This document shows, one piece after another, positions 1 through 10,440 of a stretch of 64,000 nt of DNA. The notes below the pieces were generated by a model. That model did not search any database. It saw only the letters and a program-made list of their open reading frames with translations, and was not told where the DNA came from. Made by a program: the position numbers and the translations under genes. Location of the stretch: the sequence record NC_061451.1; one strand, written 5' to 3'. Position 1 is the stretch's first letter. Every line of letters starts with the position of its first letter.

Positions 1-1446
1 CCGAATATCAAAGAAGCGTACAGGACGGCCATGATGGGCCGTCTTGGCGTTTCCCATTTCAGTTCGGAGATCACTCGCAAAGCATTCCGCCGCATCACCA
101 AGCTGGTGGAAGTTAAAAGCGAAATAATTGAATGGGACGACTTGCTGGAAGACCCGAACTTGGCAGAAGAGTTCAGGGATAGTCTGCGCGAAGCAGATGA
201 GAAGCCAGCAAAGAGCATGAAGGGATTCGACCGCGTCTACGACAATCTGGAGAAGTATCGTCAACGCCGTGACATTATGAATATCGGTAAGATGATTGCG
301 AAAGATTTCGGTGAAGCGGATGCCGAAGAGTTCAACGAGCAAGAGTATATGCAAGGTCTGGCTGATAAGCTGGGTCAAGCGCAACGCGGCACTCGTTCTA
401 CCGAGAAAGTGCATACGTTCGGTGGTAAGAAAAGCAACGCTATCAAACTGGCGAAGCAAGTTATCCTGAACCCGAAAGAGGTGATGTACAAGACAGGCTT
501 CAAGAACTACGACAAACGAAATGGCGGTTGGCCTACAACGGGTGTCGTACTCTTAGCAGGTTCTACCTCTGGCGGTAAGTCTGTAATCTCGATGAACATC
601 GCCGATGCAATGGCAAAGATTAATGGCATCCACTGTTTGAAGGTCACCCTTGAGATGACTGCCGAGCAGGAGATGAAGCGTATGCTGTCCATGATCAGCG
701 GCATCGAGTTCAACAAGATCAAGCAGGGCAAGTTATCGAAGCGTGAGCAGAAGCAGTTAATTGAAGCTGCGAAGCAATACGACAAGATCATGACCAAGTC
801 TAAGGGACGTAACTCATTCACGTCTCCAGAGCGCGGCATGTCTATCGATGACGTTCTGTATATGTCTATCCCGTACGGCGTTCACGTAACCTTCATCGAC
901 TACGTTGGTCTGTTAGAAGGTGTGGACAACGACAACCAGTGGCGTGAACTGTCCACGATTGTTCGTAAAGCGAAAGTACACGCGAACGCAACAGGTCAGC
1001 TTGTTGTTATCCTGTGTCAGCTTGATGACCAGTCTGGTCGTATTCGTTACTCTGGTGGTATGCGTGAGCACGCCGACGTTGTATGGTCATGGAACTACTC
1101 TGACCCTGAGATTCGTGAAGGTCACGTTATCCCGATGCAGGTAATGAAAGCGCGTGATGGTGAGTTGTTCGAAATGGCAATCGCCGAAGCGTTCCACTTG
1201 ATGCGTGTGTCTGACGCAGAAGAAGGTGCTGAGATTCCTCAACGTGCTACAACGTCAGATGATGTTGGTGGATCTCCTGCAAAAGGTAATTTCAAGAAGA
1301 AAGGTAAGGGTAAAGACAAGATCGAAATCAAGAAGTCTCGACGTGCAGCAGCAGCGTTCCTATCAAGCGGCAGCGACGATGATGACGACGATGAAGATCT
1401 GCCGAAGAAGAAAAAGAAACGCAAGCAATATGACGTTGCTGCGTAA
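1..1446 (+). CDS. dnaB: DnaB-like replicative helicase (5'-truncated by window)
   Basis: Walker A GSTSGGKS, TLEM, Walker B FIDYVGLL, LCQL, EHADVV, KARDG; frame open from nt 1; K/D-rich tail. Confidence 0.9.
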   Translation, partial: PNIKEAYRTAMMGRLGVSHFSSEITRKAFRRITKLVEVKSEIIEWDDLLEDPNLAEEFRDSLREADEKPAKSMKGFDRVYDNLEKYRQRRDIMNIGKMIAKDFGEADAEEFNEQEYMQGLADKLGQAQRGTRSTEKVHTFGGKKSNAIKLAKQVILNPKEVMYKTGFKNYDKRNGGWPTTGVVLLAGSTSGGKSVISMNIADAMAKINGIHCLKVTLEMTAEQEMKRMLSMISGIEFNKIKQGKLSKREQKQLIEAAKQYDKIMTKSKGRNSFTSPERGMSIDDVLYMSIPYGVHVTFIDYVGLLEGVDNDNQWRELSTIVRKAKVHANATGQLVVILCQLDDQSGRIRYSGGMREHADVVWSWNYSDPEIREGHVIPMQVMKARDGELFEMAIAEAFHLMRVSDAEEGAEIPQRATTSDDVGGSPAKGNFKKKGKGKDKIEIKKSRRAAAAFLSSGSDDDDDDEDLPKKKKKRKQYDVAA

Positions 1447-1457
1447 AGGAACTGACC

Positions 1458-1706
1458 ATGAGTGATATTCAGCTACAGGAATTCACGCAAGAAATTCGTG
1501 ATGACCTGTCGAAAGACTTTGTGTATCACATCCGTACCAAGGACGGTACGGAGCACACTGGTATGTGGCCCAACTATGCAGGCTTTCATTGTCTCAACCC
1601 AAATGAGGGCAAGCGCATTAGTATGGATGATGTTACGCACATCAGTGAGCAAATGACCTTCGACGATCACTCGGACAAATACGTCTTCAATCGTGAAAAA
1701 GTTTGA
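1458..1706 (+). CDS. hypothetical protein
   Basis: AAGGA RBS, 82 aa ORF coupled to neighbours. Confidence 0.7.
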   Translation: MSDIQLQEFTQEIRDDLSKDFVYHIRTKDGTEHTGMWPNYAGFHCLNPNEGKRISMDDVTHISEQMTFDDHSDKYVFNREKV

Positions 1707-2490
1707 GGGTCCATACGGGCTAGTTGAGTCCGATAACCTTGTCCCACGTTGGACGTACCCTATTGTGCATGGTAGAGTTCGTCAGGTAGAAGCGTGGGAA
1801 CTTGATACGCTACCAAACGTTTCCACAGAAGTTCGTATGGTAAACGATATTCATGCAATTCACAGCACCCCCGTAGAGGATTATGATGACACAATCGACC
1901 TCGAAGCAGAAGCCGAAACGTATTCAAAAACTGAATCCCGACTTCTTATCAAACCTAAGCTCAATGAAATCAGAGCCCGTAAAAACCAAAGTAACACTGG
2001 TCCAGAGAACGTCTTCTCTGTAGCTCCTGAAGTTCTTGACCGTACGCTGGACAGCATTGATCAGCACAGCGAATCCTTCCGTGATTACCTGTTGCATCAA
2101 GTGTTCAGTCCAATCTTAGGCTTTGATATAGCGGCGGGTGAAGTCGAAGCAATTGCGCGTGATTGTCTCAAGACCCCTCTTGAGATCGACAGTGAACTCG
2201 TTCCCTATCTCGAACGAATCGGACTTGCTAATATCATAGGAGTGATGTTGGGCAAATCTGAGTCTGTACCAGAAATCGTGCGTGCAGACGTACTCAAAGA
2301 CTGGCTGATTAAGTCATTCGATGATATTCGTTTAGACAATAAAACGAAAGCTAACGGTACGAAGCTGCGTGATCAAATACGCCGCCTGATGCACGGTAAC
2401 GACGAGCTAGTTGCTCAAGGTGCTGGCATTGGTTCTACCCGAGGCTATTCGGAAGCGAGGAAGCAACAGAAAGAAAATGGCAAAGCCTAA
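1693..2490 (+). CDS. hypothetical protein upstream of terminase
   Basis: 265 aa ORF overlapping both neighbours. Confidence 0.7.
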   Translation: MKKFEGPYGLVESDNLVPRWTYPIVHGRVRQVEAWELDTLPNVSTEVRMVNDIHAIHSTPVEDYDDTIDLEAEAETYSKTESRLLIKPKLNEIRARKNQSNTGPENVFSVAPEVLDRTLDSIDQHSESFRDYLLHQVFSPILGFDIAAGEVEAIARDCLKTPLEIDSELVPYLERIGLANIIGVMLGKSESVPEIVRADVLKDWLIKSFDDIRLDNKTKANGTKLRDQIRRLMHGNDELVAQGAGIGSTRGYSEARKQQKENGKA

Positions 2491-5311
2491 GAAGGGTCCA
2501 GCCTTCCAACTTCGTCCCAAGCGCATAGCTGCATTCGATGCACTGCTTGGTGATGATTTTGAGGAGGCTTCATCTGAGGCGGAAGGGTTAGACTTCCTCT
2601 CAGAAAATAGCGCTAATGCCATAGACTTCCTTGAGAAAGGGGAAGTGAACGTAGTTGACTTGGTGGAGAGTGCGCTAGAGCAGCGTACCCTCGTACCACG
2701 CGACTTGAAGTTCGATGATAGCTCAATGCCGAAAGCAAAGAACTTCTTGGACTGGTGTACTAATCCAAAGTTCCTTAAAGCTGAGCCGTATCTTGAGCAG
2801 GCCATGATCGGTCTGCGTTTGTTTGGTGAGATCTGCGTAAGATGTTCGCCTAACCTACAATGGATGTATACAGAGAATCATGAGCCGCAGGAGGGTACTG
2901 CCGCTATCGGGAAGCATTTGCATCTTCTCCATAACGGTGTGTGTCCTCACTGCGGCGCTCGTCGTTCTGATATGATTCGTAACAAGGAGATTAACTTCTA
3001 CAACGAGCTGGCAGTGAATGCCGGTCAGCGTTGTGTGATTGCGTCTACGCCTGTAGCGACGAACAACGGCATCATGCCTATCGGTCACATGATGATCGGT
3101 CATGACACGCCTGGCTTCCACAAACCTCGTCGCAATTTCAGTGCGCACAACGGACGTGAGATCAAAAAGGTTAGTCAGGTCTATGTGTCAAGCGAGAGTC
3201 CTACCAAGGTCATTACACTCGCTAACGGCATCTGGATTGAAGCAACACACGATCACCCTATCCGTACAGAGACGGGCTTTAAGAAGACCGATAAACTCGT
3301 GCGTGGTGAACGTGTTGAAGTAGCTGTCGGCACGAACACGTGGGGCAAGATACAGCGTCCTACGACTATCTACGAAGCTGGATTGTCTACGCGTGAAGAT
3401 GCGTTGCGATACATTGCAGACAGATCGATTCCGTTCGGCGAAAGCAAGCTACAGTACGTCTCAGAGGACGTTGACGCGATTCAGATGGTATGGTCTATTC
3501 TGCTTAACGCGGGATTTGTGCCGAGCGTGCTGCATGGTGGCGAGGGTTATAGCGTTCTCTACTCTCTGACCGATGAGCCTCAGCGTTGTTCTAAGCACAT
3601 CGAGATCATGTTCGTTGAAGAGGGTACGCCGCAGATAACATACGACTTGCAGATGGAAGGTCTGCCTCAGTTCGTAGCGTCCGGCCTCGTACATCACAAC
3701 AGCGGTAAGTCAGTTGTTGTTGCAATGATCTCTACCTATCTGACGCACAGACTGCTTATGTCGCAGTCGCCTACGGGCATCTTGAGCATCGACAGCACAA
3801 CCGTATTGCACGGTACGTTCGTTGCTCTTACCCAGAAGCAAGCGGCAGATACATTGTGGACTCCCTACTTCAACTACATCATGGGCAGTCCCTGGTTCCA
3901 AGCATACCATGACCTGATTCGTAAACACGAACGGCGCTATGGTATCGAAGTAATGAAGATTCGTGACACGTTCATTCTGTACGGTCACCGTAGCTTTGTT
4001 ATTTATCCTGCAGGTCCTGATGGACGTATTCTTCGTGGTCGAACCCGTGTACTAGCGGTAATCGATGAAGTGGCGTATTTCGACAACGACGCCCAATCGA
4101 AGAAAATCAAAGTCAGTGCTAATGCCGTGTACGGCGCTCTCGACCGCTCGCTCGCCACTGTGCGTGCTAAGGAGAAGCGGCAAGTCGAAGCCGGATATGA
4201 TGAGGCGTTTACGGGTTACTTCTGCAACATTAGTAGCCCGGTACATGCACGCGACAAGATCAATGAACTGATGCGCATGGCAGTTGACTCGAAAACGTTG
4301 CTGGGCATTCATGCTCCTACGTGGAAGATGAACCCAGACATGCCGCGTGACTCAGAGTTCTTGCTCGAAGCGTTCCGTCGTGACCCTGTTGGTGCGGCGC
4401 GTGACTACGGTGCAGAAGCTCCGTTGTCTGCTAACCCGTTCATCACTCAGCCTATCTTTATCGAACAGGCGATACGTGATAAGGGTCGTTCGCTGTGCAG
4501 CTACACGCATCATATTCTACGTCACAAAGATGGCCAGAGACAGCGTTATGGTAGTCTCGTTAAAGCAGTTGAGACAAACAAGAACAGCATCCTCGCAATC
4601 GATGCGGGCTATTCAAACAACAGCTTCTCGCTGGTGACTGGTAGCCGTGACGAAGCAGGGATCATCTCGGTAGACTGCGTTGTGGAGATTATTCCTAAGC
4701 CAGGCATACCTCTCAACTACACGATGATATTCGATGAACTGCTTGTGCCTCTGTGTCGCCTGCGTAACGTTCGCGTAATGCTTGCCGACCAATGGCAGTC
4801 CCTCAAGCTGCTGCAGGATGCGAAGATCAAATGTCCTTCAATCGAAGCTGCCGACAAGTACAGTCTCAAGTATGAGGACATGTGGACAGTTAAGACGATG
4901 TTTGAATCTCAGCCGTCGCGTATCAGTCTGCCTCGTATGGGCTTTGCGAAGACCATTCAGGAAACGTTGCAGTATAACGGTGACGAGTACCCACACTGCT
5001 TTGAGAACAAGCCTACAGAGCACTTGGTGATGCAGCTACAGACGGTGCAAGACACAGGCCGAGGCGTTATCAAGAACACAGGTGCAACAGATGACTTGTG
5101 GCGTGCTATGGCTCTCATGGTATACGGCTTTGAGTGTGGTGAATATGAGGAGTTCTTGTCCACTCCTGCGAAAATCAGCGTTAACCGTGACCCGAATCGT
5201 CTGGGTCGTGTTGCTGGTCGTCTTAACAAAGGCGTTGCAGGGTCTAGTGGTAAGACAGCTCCTACTCGCGTTCTTGGTAGCGCTGCGACTCGTATGATTG
5301 GTCGCAAATAA
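2477..5311 (+). CDS. terL: terminase large subunit, intein-containing
   Basis: After intein removal Walker A reads AGQRSGKS; Walker B VLAVIDEVAYFD; RNase H nuclease ILAIDAGYS...DDLWRAMA; start MAKPKK at 2477 preferred over 2411. Confidence 0.9.
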   Translation: MAKPKKGPAFQLRPKRIAAFDALLGDDFEEASSEAEGLDFLSENSANAIDFLEKGEVNVVDLVESALEQRTLVPRDLKFDDSSMPKAKNFLDWCTNPKFLKAEPYLEQAMIGLRLFGEICVRCSPNLQWMYTENHEPQEGTAAIGKHLHLLHNGVCPHCGARRSDMIRNKEINFYNELAVNAGQRCVIASTPVATNNGIMPIGHMMIGHDTPGFHKPRRNFSAHNGREIKKVSQVYVSSESPTKVITLANGIWIEATHDHPIRTETGFKKTDKLVRGERVEVAVGTNTWGKIQRPTTIYEAGLSTREDALRYIADRSIPFGESKLQYVSEDVDAIQMVWSILLNAGFVPSVLHGGEGYSVLYSLTDEPQRCSKHIEIMFVEEGTPQITYDLQMEGLPQFVASGLVHHNSGKSVVVAMISTYLTHRLLMSQSPTGILSIDSTTVLHGTFVALTQKQAADTLWTPYFNYIMGSPWFQAYHDLIRKHERRYGIEVMKIRDTFILYGHRSFVIYPAGPDGRILRGRTRVLAVIDEVAYFDNDAQSKKIKVSANAVYGALDRSLATVRAKEKRQVEAGYDEAFTGYFCNISSPVHARDKINELMRMAVDSKTLLGIHAPTWKMNPDMPRDSEFLLEAFRRDPVGAARDYGAEAPLSANPFITQPIFIEQAIRDKGRSLCSYTHHILRHKDGQRQRYGSLVKAVETNKNSILAIDAGYSNNSFSLVTGSRDEAGIISVDCVVEIIPKPGIPLNYTMIFDELLVPLCRLRNVRVMLADQWQSLKLLQDAKIKCPSIEAADKYSLKYEDMWTVKTMFESQPSRISLPRMGFAKTIQETLQYNGDEYPHCFENKPTEHLVMQLQTVQDTGRGVIKNTGATDDLWRAMALMVYGFECGEYEEFLSTPAKISVNRDPNRLGRVAGRLNKGVAGSSGKTAPTRVLGSAATRMIGRK
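3032..3700 (+). mobile_element. intein (223 aa) in terminase Walker A, endonuclease largely lost
   Basis: Starts CVIASTPV, block B ATHDHPI, ends FVASGLVHHN followed by Ser. Confidence 0.9.
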
Positions 5312-5350
5312 AAGCTAATTTAACCAAGAAAGCCACTTGAGGAAAAGATC

Positions 5351-5569
5351 ATGGAAAACAAGTTTTACAACCCACTGACAGCCGCCGAGACTGTAAAGTC
5401 ACAGTCAAGCACGGATAAGGCAGAAAGTACGAGCGGTGCGTTTCAAGTTGAAAACCCGAACGTCTGTCCTAAGTGCGCATCGTCTACTGTCCCCACTCAG
5501 TTACTTGACGGGGAACAGGTGATGTTCTGCACATCCTGCCGTGTGAGTCTCGCCATTCCATTGAAGTGA
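5351..5569 (+). CDS. small Zn-ribbon protein
   Basis: CPKC...CTSC, GAGGA RBS. Confidence 0.75.
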   Translation: MENKFYNPLTAAETVKSQSSTDKAESTSGAFQVENPNVCPKCASSTVPTQLLDGEQVMFCTSCRVSLAIPLK

Positions 5570-5576
5570 GGTTATA

Positions 5577-7502
5577 ATGGGCATTCGTGTCGGACGCCAG
5601 TACGCTGGCTCTCCACCGGAGGAGGCCAAGAAAAAGAAACAGTCTACTCTTGGCTCCGCATCCCTCCCCCGAGCAGTAGGCGAAGCTATCCGCAGTGAGA
5701 GTTCGAAGCGTCACACAGAGTTTCTATCTCAGTCTGCTGGTGGCGCAGGAATGGCTGCTGGTAATATGCAGATTGGTACCGTACCGCTAGACATTGACTT
5801 AGAGCCAATGATGGAAGGTATGGACTATGATGCTGATGACCGACAGCTATTCAACGTCTACCGCGATATGTATCACTTCGACCCAATCTGCGGCTCTTAC
5901 GTGGACTTGTTCTCAACGCTGCCGTTCTCTGATGTGAGTTTCAGTGGCGCGAAGGACAGTGTGCTTGAGCCGTATTACGAAGTGAACGAACGTCTGTCAC
6001 TGACGTCCAGTATGCCGAACATCTGTACCGACATTCAGGTTACTGGCGCGTTCATTGGCAGCATGATCTACAACAAAGACCGTAAGAAATTCATCGACCT
6101 GATGACGCACCGTTACGACAATATCGACGTGACACCGCTTCCGTTTATCAGTCAGGACCCGATGTTTGACTTGCGTATTCCTCAGTACGTGAAGCAAGCC
6201 TTCAACAAAGAAGGTAAGCGAATCGATGCGCTCAAGAAAGAGCTGGGGCCTGGCTTTGTTGAAAAGCTGATGAACGATCAAACGATGGAGCTTGACCCTA
6301 TTGGGACAATCTATATCCCTCGCAAGACGTTCACTTTCGGTGAAGGTATCTCTGTATTCCGTCGTGTGTTGCCTATCTGGCTAATTGAGAAGAACCTGTA
6401 TCGCGGTACGTTGATTGAATCTGGTCGTCGTCAACGCGGTATTCTTCATGCTCAGTTGGGTGATGGCGATCAGTGGGAACCTTCGCAGGAAGAAATGGAT
6501 TTCATGACAGACCTGTTGCTGTCTGCTGATAGTGACCCTATCGGTAGTATCATCACAACTCGTCTGGGCGTCAACATTAGTGAGTTCCGCCAAGGCGGTG
6601 ACTTCTGGAAGATTACCGATATCTGGGACCAGACTGCTACGTTTAAGATGCGTGCAATGGGTATCAGTGAGGCATTCCTGAGTGGTGAAGCCAACTATGA
6701 TTCCGGCGCTGCTGGCCTGACTATCTTTGTCGAGGCGATGCGTGCTTTCCGTGATCATCTGACGCGTAAGGTCTACTATGAGAAAGTCTTCCCGCTTATC
6801 AGTATGATGAATGGCCTTGCTGTTCAGCGTAACGGTAAGATCGTTAAGAAGAACAATCTCATGGACGGTGGTCTGACCGAAGTTATGCACAGACTGAATG
6901 ACGGCTCTAAGCTGTTTATCCCGAACGTGCATTGGTCTAAGCAGCTTCGTCCTGATGTTGACCAAGCGATGATGGAAAACTTGCGTGCTATGACTGAACT
7001 GGGTGTTCCAGTTCCGTTACGTGCAATCGCATCTGCTGGTGGCTACAACTTCGACCAGATTCTGATGGACCAAGATGAAGACCTCGCTATGCGCCGTAAG
7101 CTGATGGCTTATAAGAAGCGTATGGCAGAAGTTGATTCTGAGTTCAAAGCACCAGAAGAAGGCGCGGAAGGTGGCGATAGCTTTAGTTCTGTTTCTAACG
7201 ATCTCAAGCGCCGTCGTCGTCACATTGCAGGTATCGGTTTGTCCTCAGCTGTGCTTGGCGGTGAACGCCGTAAAGGCCTGCTGGGCCGTGATTTCGGTGA
7301 GCAGTCAGAAGTCTTCGAGTTCACCAAAACCGGCAAGAAGAAACACATCATCGGTCAGGCGCGTGCTAACCATAAAGCGAACGATGCTATTTGGAAAGCA
7401 GCACGCAACTATGAAGCCAACAAAACGATGCCTCTTGATAACGGTAAAGTGTCCTTTGAGCCTACCGCGCAAGAGCTTCGCGCCATGTCGAGACTTCGCT
7501 AA
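5577..7502 (+). CDS. probable portal protein
   Basis: 641 aa, follows terminase; MY..DPI.GS.VD-type N-terminal pattern and helical character fit portal proteins; mostly positional. Confidence 0.6.
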   Translation: MGIRVGRQYAGSPPEEAKKKKQSTLGSASLPRAVGEAIRSESSKRHTEFLSQSAGGAGMAAGNMQIGTVPLDIDLEPMMEGMDYDADDRQLFNVYRDMYHFDPICGSYVDLFSTLPFSDVSFSGAKDSVLEPYYEVNERLSLTSSMPNICTDIQVTGAFIGSMIYNKDRKKFIDLMTHRYDNIDVTPLPFISQDPMFDLRIPQYVKQAFNKEGKRIDALKKELGPGFVEKLMNDQTMELDPIGTIYIPRKTFTFGEGISVFRRVLPIWLIEKNLYRGTLIESGRRQRGILHAQLGDGDQWEPSQEEMDFMTDLLLSADSDPIGSIITTRLGVNISEFRQGGDFWKITDIWDQTATFKMRAMGISEAFLSGEANYDSGAAGLTIFVEAMRAFRDHLTRKVYYEKVFPLISMMNGLAVQRNGKIVKKNNLMDGGLTEVMHRLNDGSKLFIPNVHWSKQLRPDVDQAMMENLRAMTELGVPVPLRAIASAGGYNFDQILMDQDEDLAMRRKLMAYKKRMAEVDSEFKAPEEGAEGGDSFSSVSNDLKRRRRHIAGIGLSSAVLGGERRKGLLGRDFGEQSEVFEFTKTGKKKHIIGQARANHKANDAIWKAARNYEANKTMPLDNGKVSFEPTAQELRAMSRLR

Positions 7503-7828
7503 TGTATCGCTTCCAGACTTGTCCCATTGAAGGTACGAAGGAGCTGGTGGTGTATCGCCACCCTTCGTTCTCCAACTACGGTCTGGCCTTAAAGGTAAAT
7601 CGCACTGGTGAGCAAGACGCTGTTCAGTGCGATATTGTCTCAGGCAACATTGATGGCGTCTCTCGTCTGGATGCCATTACAGACCATACTGCTCCACTTG
7701 ATGTACAGCTATGGGCTTTTACCTGTATGCACATCTTGCGGGAATCTGTAAATATCGAGAGCATTAATCTTGATACGCTGTTTAGCAATAATGGCGGTAT
7801 CGTATACTATGGTACTTCAGGAGAATAA
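7502..7828 (+). CDS. hypothetical protein
   Basis: TAATG-coupled ORF. Confidence 0.65.
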   Translation: MYRFQTCPIEGTKELVVYRHPSFSNYGLALKVNRTGEQDAVQCDIVSGNIDGVSRLDAITDHTAPLDVQLWAFTCMHILRESVNIESINLDTLFSNNGGIVYYGTSGE

Positions 7829-7830
7829 TC

Positions 7831-8217
7831 GTGAGCGGAATGTTTCCTCATCATGTAATTGAACAAAAGAAAGGCTTCGTGTTTATCGTTACTCCGATTG
7901 AGGACGATCCAGACAGTCTCGAAGCTGCGGAAGAAGTGCGTGCCGTACTCGAAGAGTCGTGGCCTACTGCACCTTCTGAGTTGACCGTGGACGACGTTCG
8001 CGATCCTGAAGAAGCTGAGTTAATCTTGGCTGACATTCTGGAGGTTCTGGGCGAAGCAGAATCTGAGTACGCGAACAAAGTCCTGATCAACAGCGTAATT
8101 GTTGTCGGCGCTCTGGCCATCGTTAACGTCCTGCTGCTGGACGAAGAAGTCAATTCCGAAGAAGAGGAAGAAGACGATGACGCTGATCAGTCTGCGGACG
8201 AAGAAGAGTTCGAATAA
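7831..8217 (+). CDS. highly acidic hypothetical protein
   Basis: GGAGA RBS, GTG start, E/D-rich. Confidence 0.7.
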   Translation: MSGMFPHHVIEQKKGFVFIVTPIEDDPDSLEAAEEVRAVLEESWPTAPSELTVDDVRDPEEAELILADILEVLGEAESEYANKVLINSVIVVGALAIVNVLLLDEEVNSEEEEEDDDADQSADEEEFE

Positions 8218-8225
8218 CGTAGACC

Positions 8226-8247
8226 GTGAGGACCTTCGGGTCCTCAT
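8226..8247 (+). promoter_or_regulatory. stem-loop GTGAGGACC-TTCG-GGTCCTCAT overlapping next ATG
   Basis: 9-bp stem with C(UUCG)G tetraloop, no U tract. Confidence 0.6.
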
Positions 8248-8380
8248 GAATCTAACAGACAAGCATCCCGTACTTGCCGCCAAGTATCTCACTAATCAGA
8301 CCCCTGTGTATGCGCGTGCGTTACTTGATGAACTCAACAACGAGGAAGTATCTGACCTCTACTATCAAATGGTAGCATGA
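8246..8380 (+). CDS. small hypothetical protein (44 aa)
   Basis: MNLTDKHP...YQMVA, ATGA overlap with next gene. Confidence 0.45.
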   Translation: MNLTDKHPVLAAKYLTNQTPVYARALLDELNNEEVSDLYYQMVA

Positions 8381-8859
8381 TGGACAAAACAGAGAGCGCA
8401 AGCTCCAATAGCGAAAGGCACCGAATCTATTTCAGGCAGCCGCAACGAGTACCTCCCTTCGATACAGCTTTTGTTCGTGCGTCAGACACCACGAGCCTCA
8501 AGCTGCTTCTCTCGGCTGCTCCTGAACATTGTCAGATCATATTGTTTACGGACGGCACCGGCACTGCTTATGCCATGAAACGCCTCTTTAAGCGCAAATT
8601 CCTTTTGAACTCTCAAGCTCTACAACTCGATCTGCCTACGATAACACTTACAGGTCAGGTCGTTTATCAGTTCGTTCGCGGCGGCTCTGTGCGCGACAAA
8701 CTGAGTCGTTACTTCTGTGCTGGACCAAGCTATCTGCATGAGCTGGCACAAACGTCCGTTGAATCAGACGTTCTCGATATGTTCTGTTTGGGCTTAGACT
8801 TCCATGCGGTATTGCGTGCGAGGGAGCGTGGCCGTTCTATTGTCTTTACGGAGGAATAA
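8377..8859 (+). CDS. hypothetical protein
   Basis: 160 aa ORF coupled to exonuclease. Confidence 0.65.
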   Translation: MMDKTESASSNSERHRIYFRQPQRVPPFDTAFVRASDTTSLKLLLSAAPEHCQIILFTDGTGTAYAMKRLFKRKFLLNSQALQLDLPTITLTGQVVYQFVRGGSVRDKLSRYFCAGPSYLHELAQTSVESDVLDMFCLGLDFHAVLRARERGRSIVFTEE

Positions 8860-9887
8860 TGGGAAGAACGTTTGCGTCAGTGACTCGCCACTCACCTGTC
8901 GCTCAAATACCTAAGATGGAAATCAAATACGGTAAGAAGCCTATGCTTCACGTAGTTGATGCATCTAACTGGATGTGTCGTGCTTACTTTGCCACACGCG
9001 ATAAGCCTGTATATGCATCAGACGGTACACCCATCTACGGCCTGCGCCAGTTTCTGTACATGGTTCAGGACCTGATTGATATAGCAGCCAAAGACCCTAA
9101 CGGTTGCTACATTGCTTTCTGCTTCGACCCAAGCTCAAACGAAACGTGGCGGTATCGTGCTCTGCAAAACTGGGCAGCAACCAAGAAGAAGAAATTCATC
9201 AGAGGCGTGTTCAAGAAAAGCAGCGACTATAAAGGCAACCGAGACCGCTCTCAAACAGCCGAGCTTGGTGTGCAGATGATTTTAGCGCGGCAGATTCTTG
9301 AACTTGCAGGCTTCTATGTTGGCCTGAAAAAGCCATACGAGTGCGACGACCTTGTAGGAACTATCTGTCATAGATTCAAGCGCAAGTATCTGATCAAACT
9401 CTACTCACGCGATAAGGACTATGTACAGCTTGTTGATCACAAGAACGTTGAACTCATTATGCAGGCGCAGTCTAACGCAAAAGAACGCCGCTTCGATTTC
9501 AAAACAGCGAAAGGCTTCTTCGGTGTTCCTGCCGACCGTGTTATCGATATGCTCGCGCTGTGCGGTGATGGTGTCGATAACGTTCCAGGCATTCCTGGTA
9601 TTGGCGAGAAGACTGCTATTGAACATATTCATCGCCATGGTGGTGCTATTGAACTTCGTGACGCTCTGCTTAATGGCAAAGTGAAATCGAATGCAGGCTG
9701 GGCTAAAGCATTGCGCTCAGAGATTCCTTCGATGGACCTTGAACTCCAGATGGAGCTTGTCACTATCTGCCGCAACGTGCCGGGCATGCCTCGCACTATT
9801 GATGCGTTTGCTAATCGCACGCCTGATGTTAAAGCGCTCAAAGCAGTTAAGAAGCGTCTGGGCCTGACTAAACTATTACACGTATAG
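8859..9887 (+). CDS. 5'-3' exonuclease / flap endonuclease (PolI N-terminal, T4 RNase H-like)
   Basis: VVDASNWMCRAYFA, YKGNR, ECDDLVGT, SRDKDYVQL, GDGVDNVPGIPGIGEKTA. Confidence 0.92.
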   Translation: MGRTFASVTRHSPVAQIPKMEIKYGKKPMLHVVDASNWMCRAYFATRDKPVYASDGTPIYGLRQFLYMVQDLIDIAAKDPNGCYIAFCFDPSSNETWRYRALQNWAATKKKKFIRGVFKKSSDYKGNRDRSQTAELGVQMILARQILELAGFYVGLKKPYECDDLVGTICHRFKRKYLIKLYSRDKDYVQLVDHKNVELIMQAQSNAKERRFDFKTAKGFFGVPADRVIDMLALCGDGVDNVPGIPGIGEKTAIEHIHRHGGAIELRDALLNGKVKSNAGWAKALRSEIPSMDLELQMELVTICRNVPGMPRTIDAFANRTPDVKALKAVKKRLGLTKLLHV

Positions 9888-9894
9888 GAATGAT

Positions 9895-10440
9895 ATGAAA
9901 CATCCTCAGCGCGTTGCTCACTTAGAGCATTGGTTGGAGGCGGGTCGCGCCGCTTTCACCATGGGTGTGCGTACACCAAATAAAGATGGCGTGGAGCTGC
10001 TTGCTATTTTCCGTGCTGTGTCTCGTGGTACAAAAGACCAATGTGCTGCATCAATCGCAAAGCAAACGGCAGAACTGATTGAAGACATTGAACGCGATGT
10101 GCCTGCCTTCAAAGTCATTCGTCGTCGCTTCCGCAAAGAGTTTTATCCAGACTACAACATACCTGCAGAAGTCGAGCTGTATGTTGCGCTTCTGGCAGAG
10201 ACGTTCGGTGACATTGTGCAGACCATGACGTACCTGCATCTTCGTCGCTGTGTCGATACTAAGGACCTGTTGCTTAACTGGCTGCCAAATGGGTATCCAG
10301 CTAAAGACGCTATGGGTCTCCTGTGGAACTTACAGAAAGTGCCTACCGAAAACGAGTTCATGTTCACCGGAAATGCTGTAGACTGCATACAATCTGTAAA
10401 TGACCTATACAACAAAATGTATAAGACAGGAGACAAGTAA
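9895..10440 (+). CDS. hypothetical protein
   Basis: 181 aa ORF with RBS. Confidence 0.7.
   Translation: MKHPQRVAHLEHWLEAGRAAFTMGVRTPNKDGVELLAIFRAVSRGTKDQCAASIAKQTAELIEDIERDVPAFKVIRRRFRKEFYPDYNIPAEVELYVALLAETFGDIVQTMTYLHLRRCVDTKDLLLNWLPNGYPAKDAMGLLWNLQKVPTENEFMFTGNAVDCIQSVNDLYNKMYKTGDK

Noticed and set aside
2411-2476. Track start of terL at 2411
   Set aside because: Would overlap the upstream gene by 80 nt; the ATG at 2477 fits coupling better.
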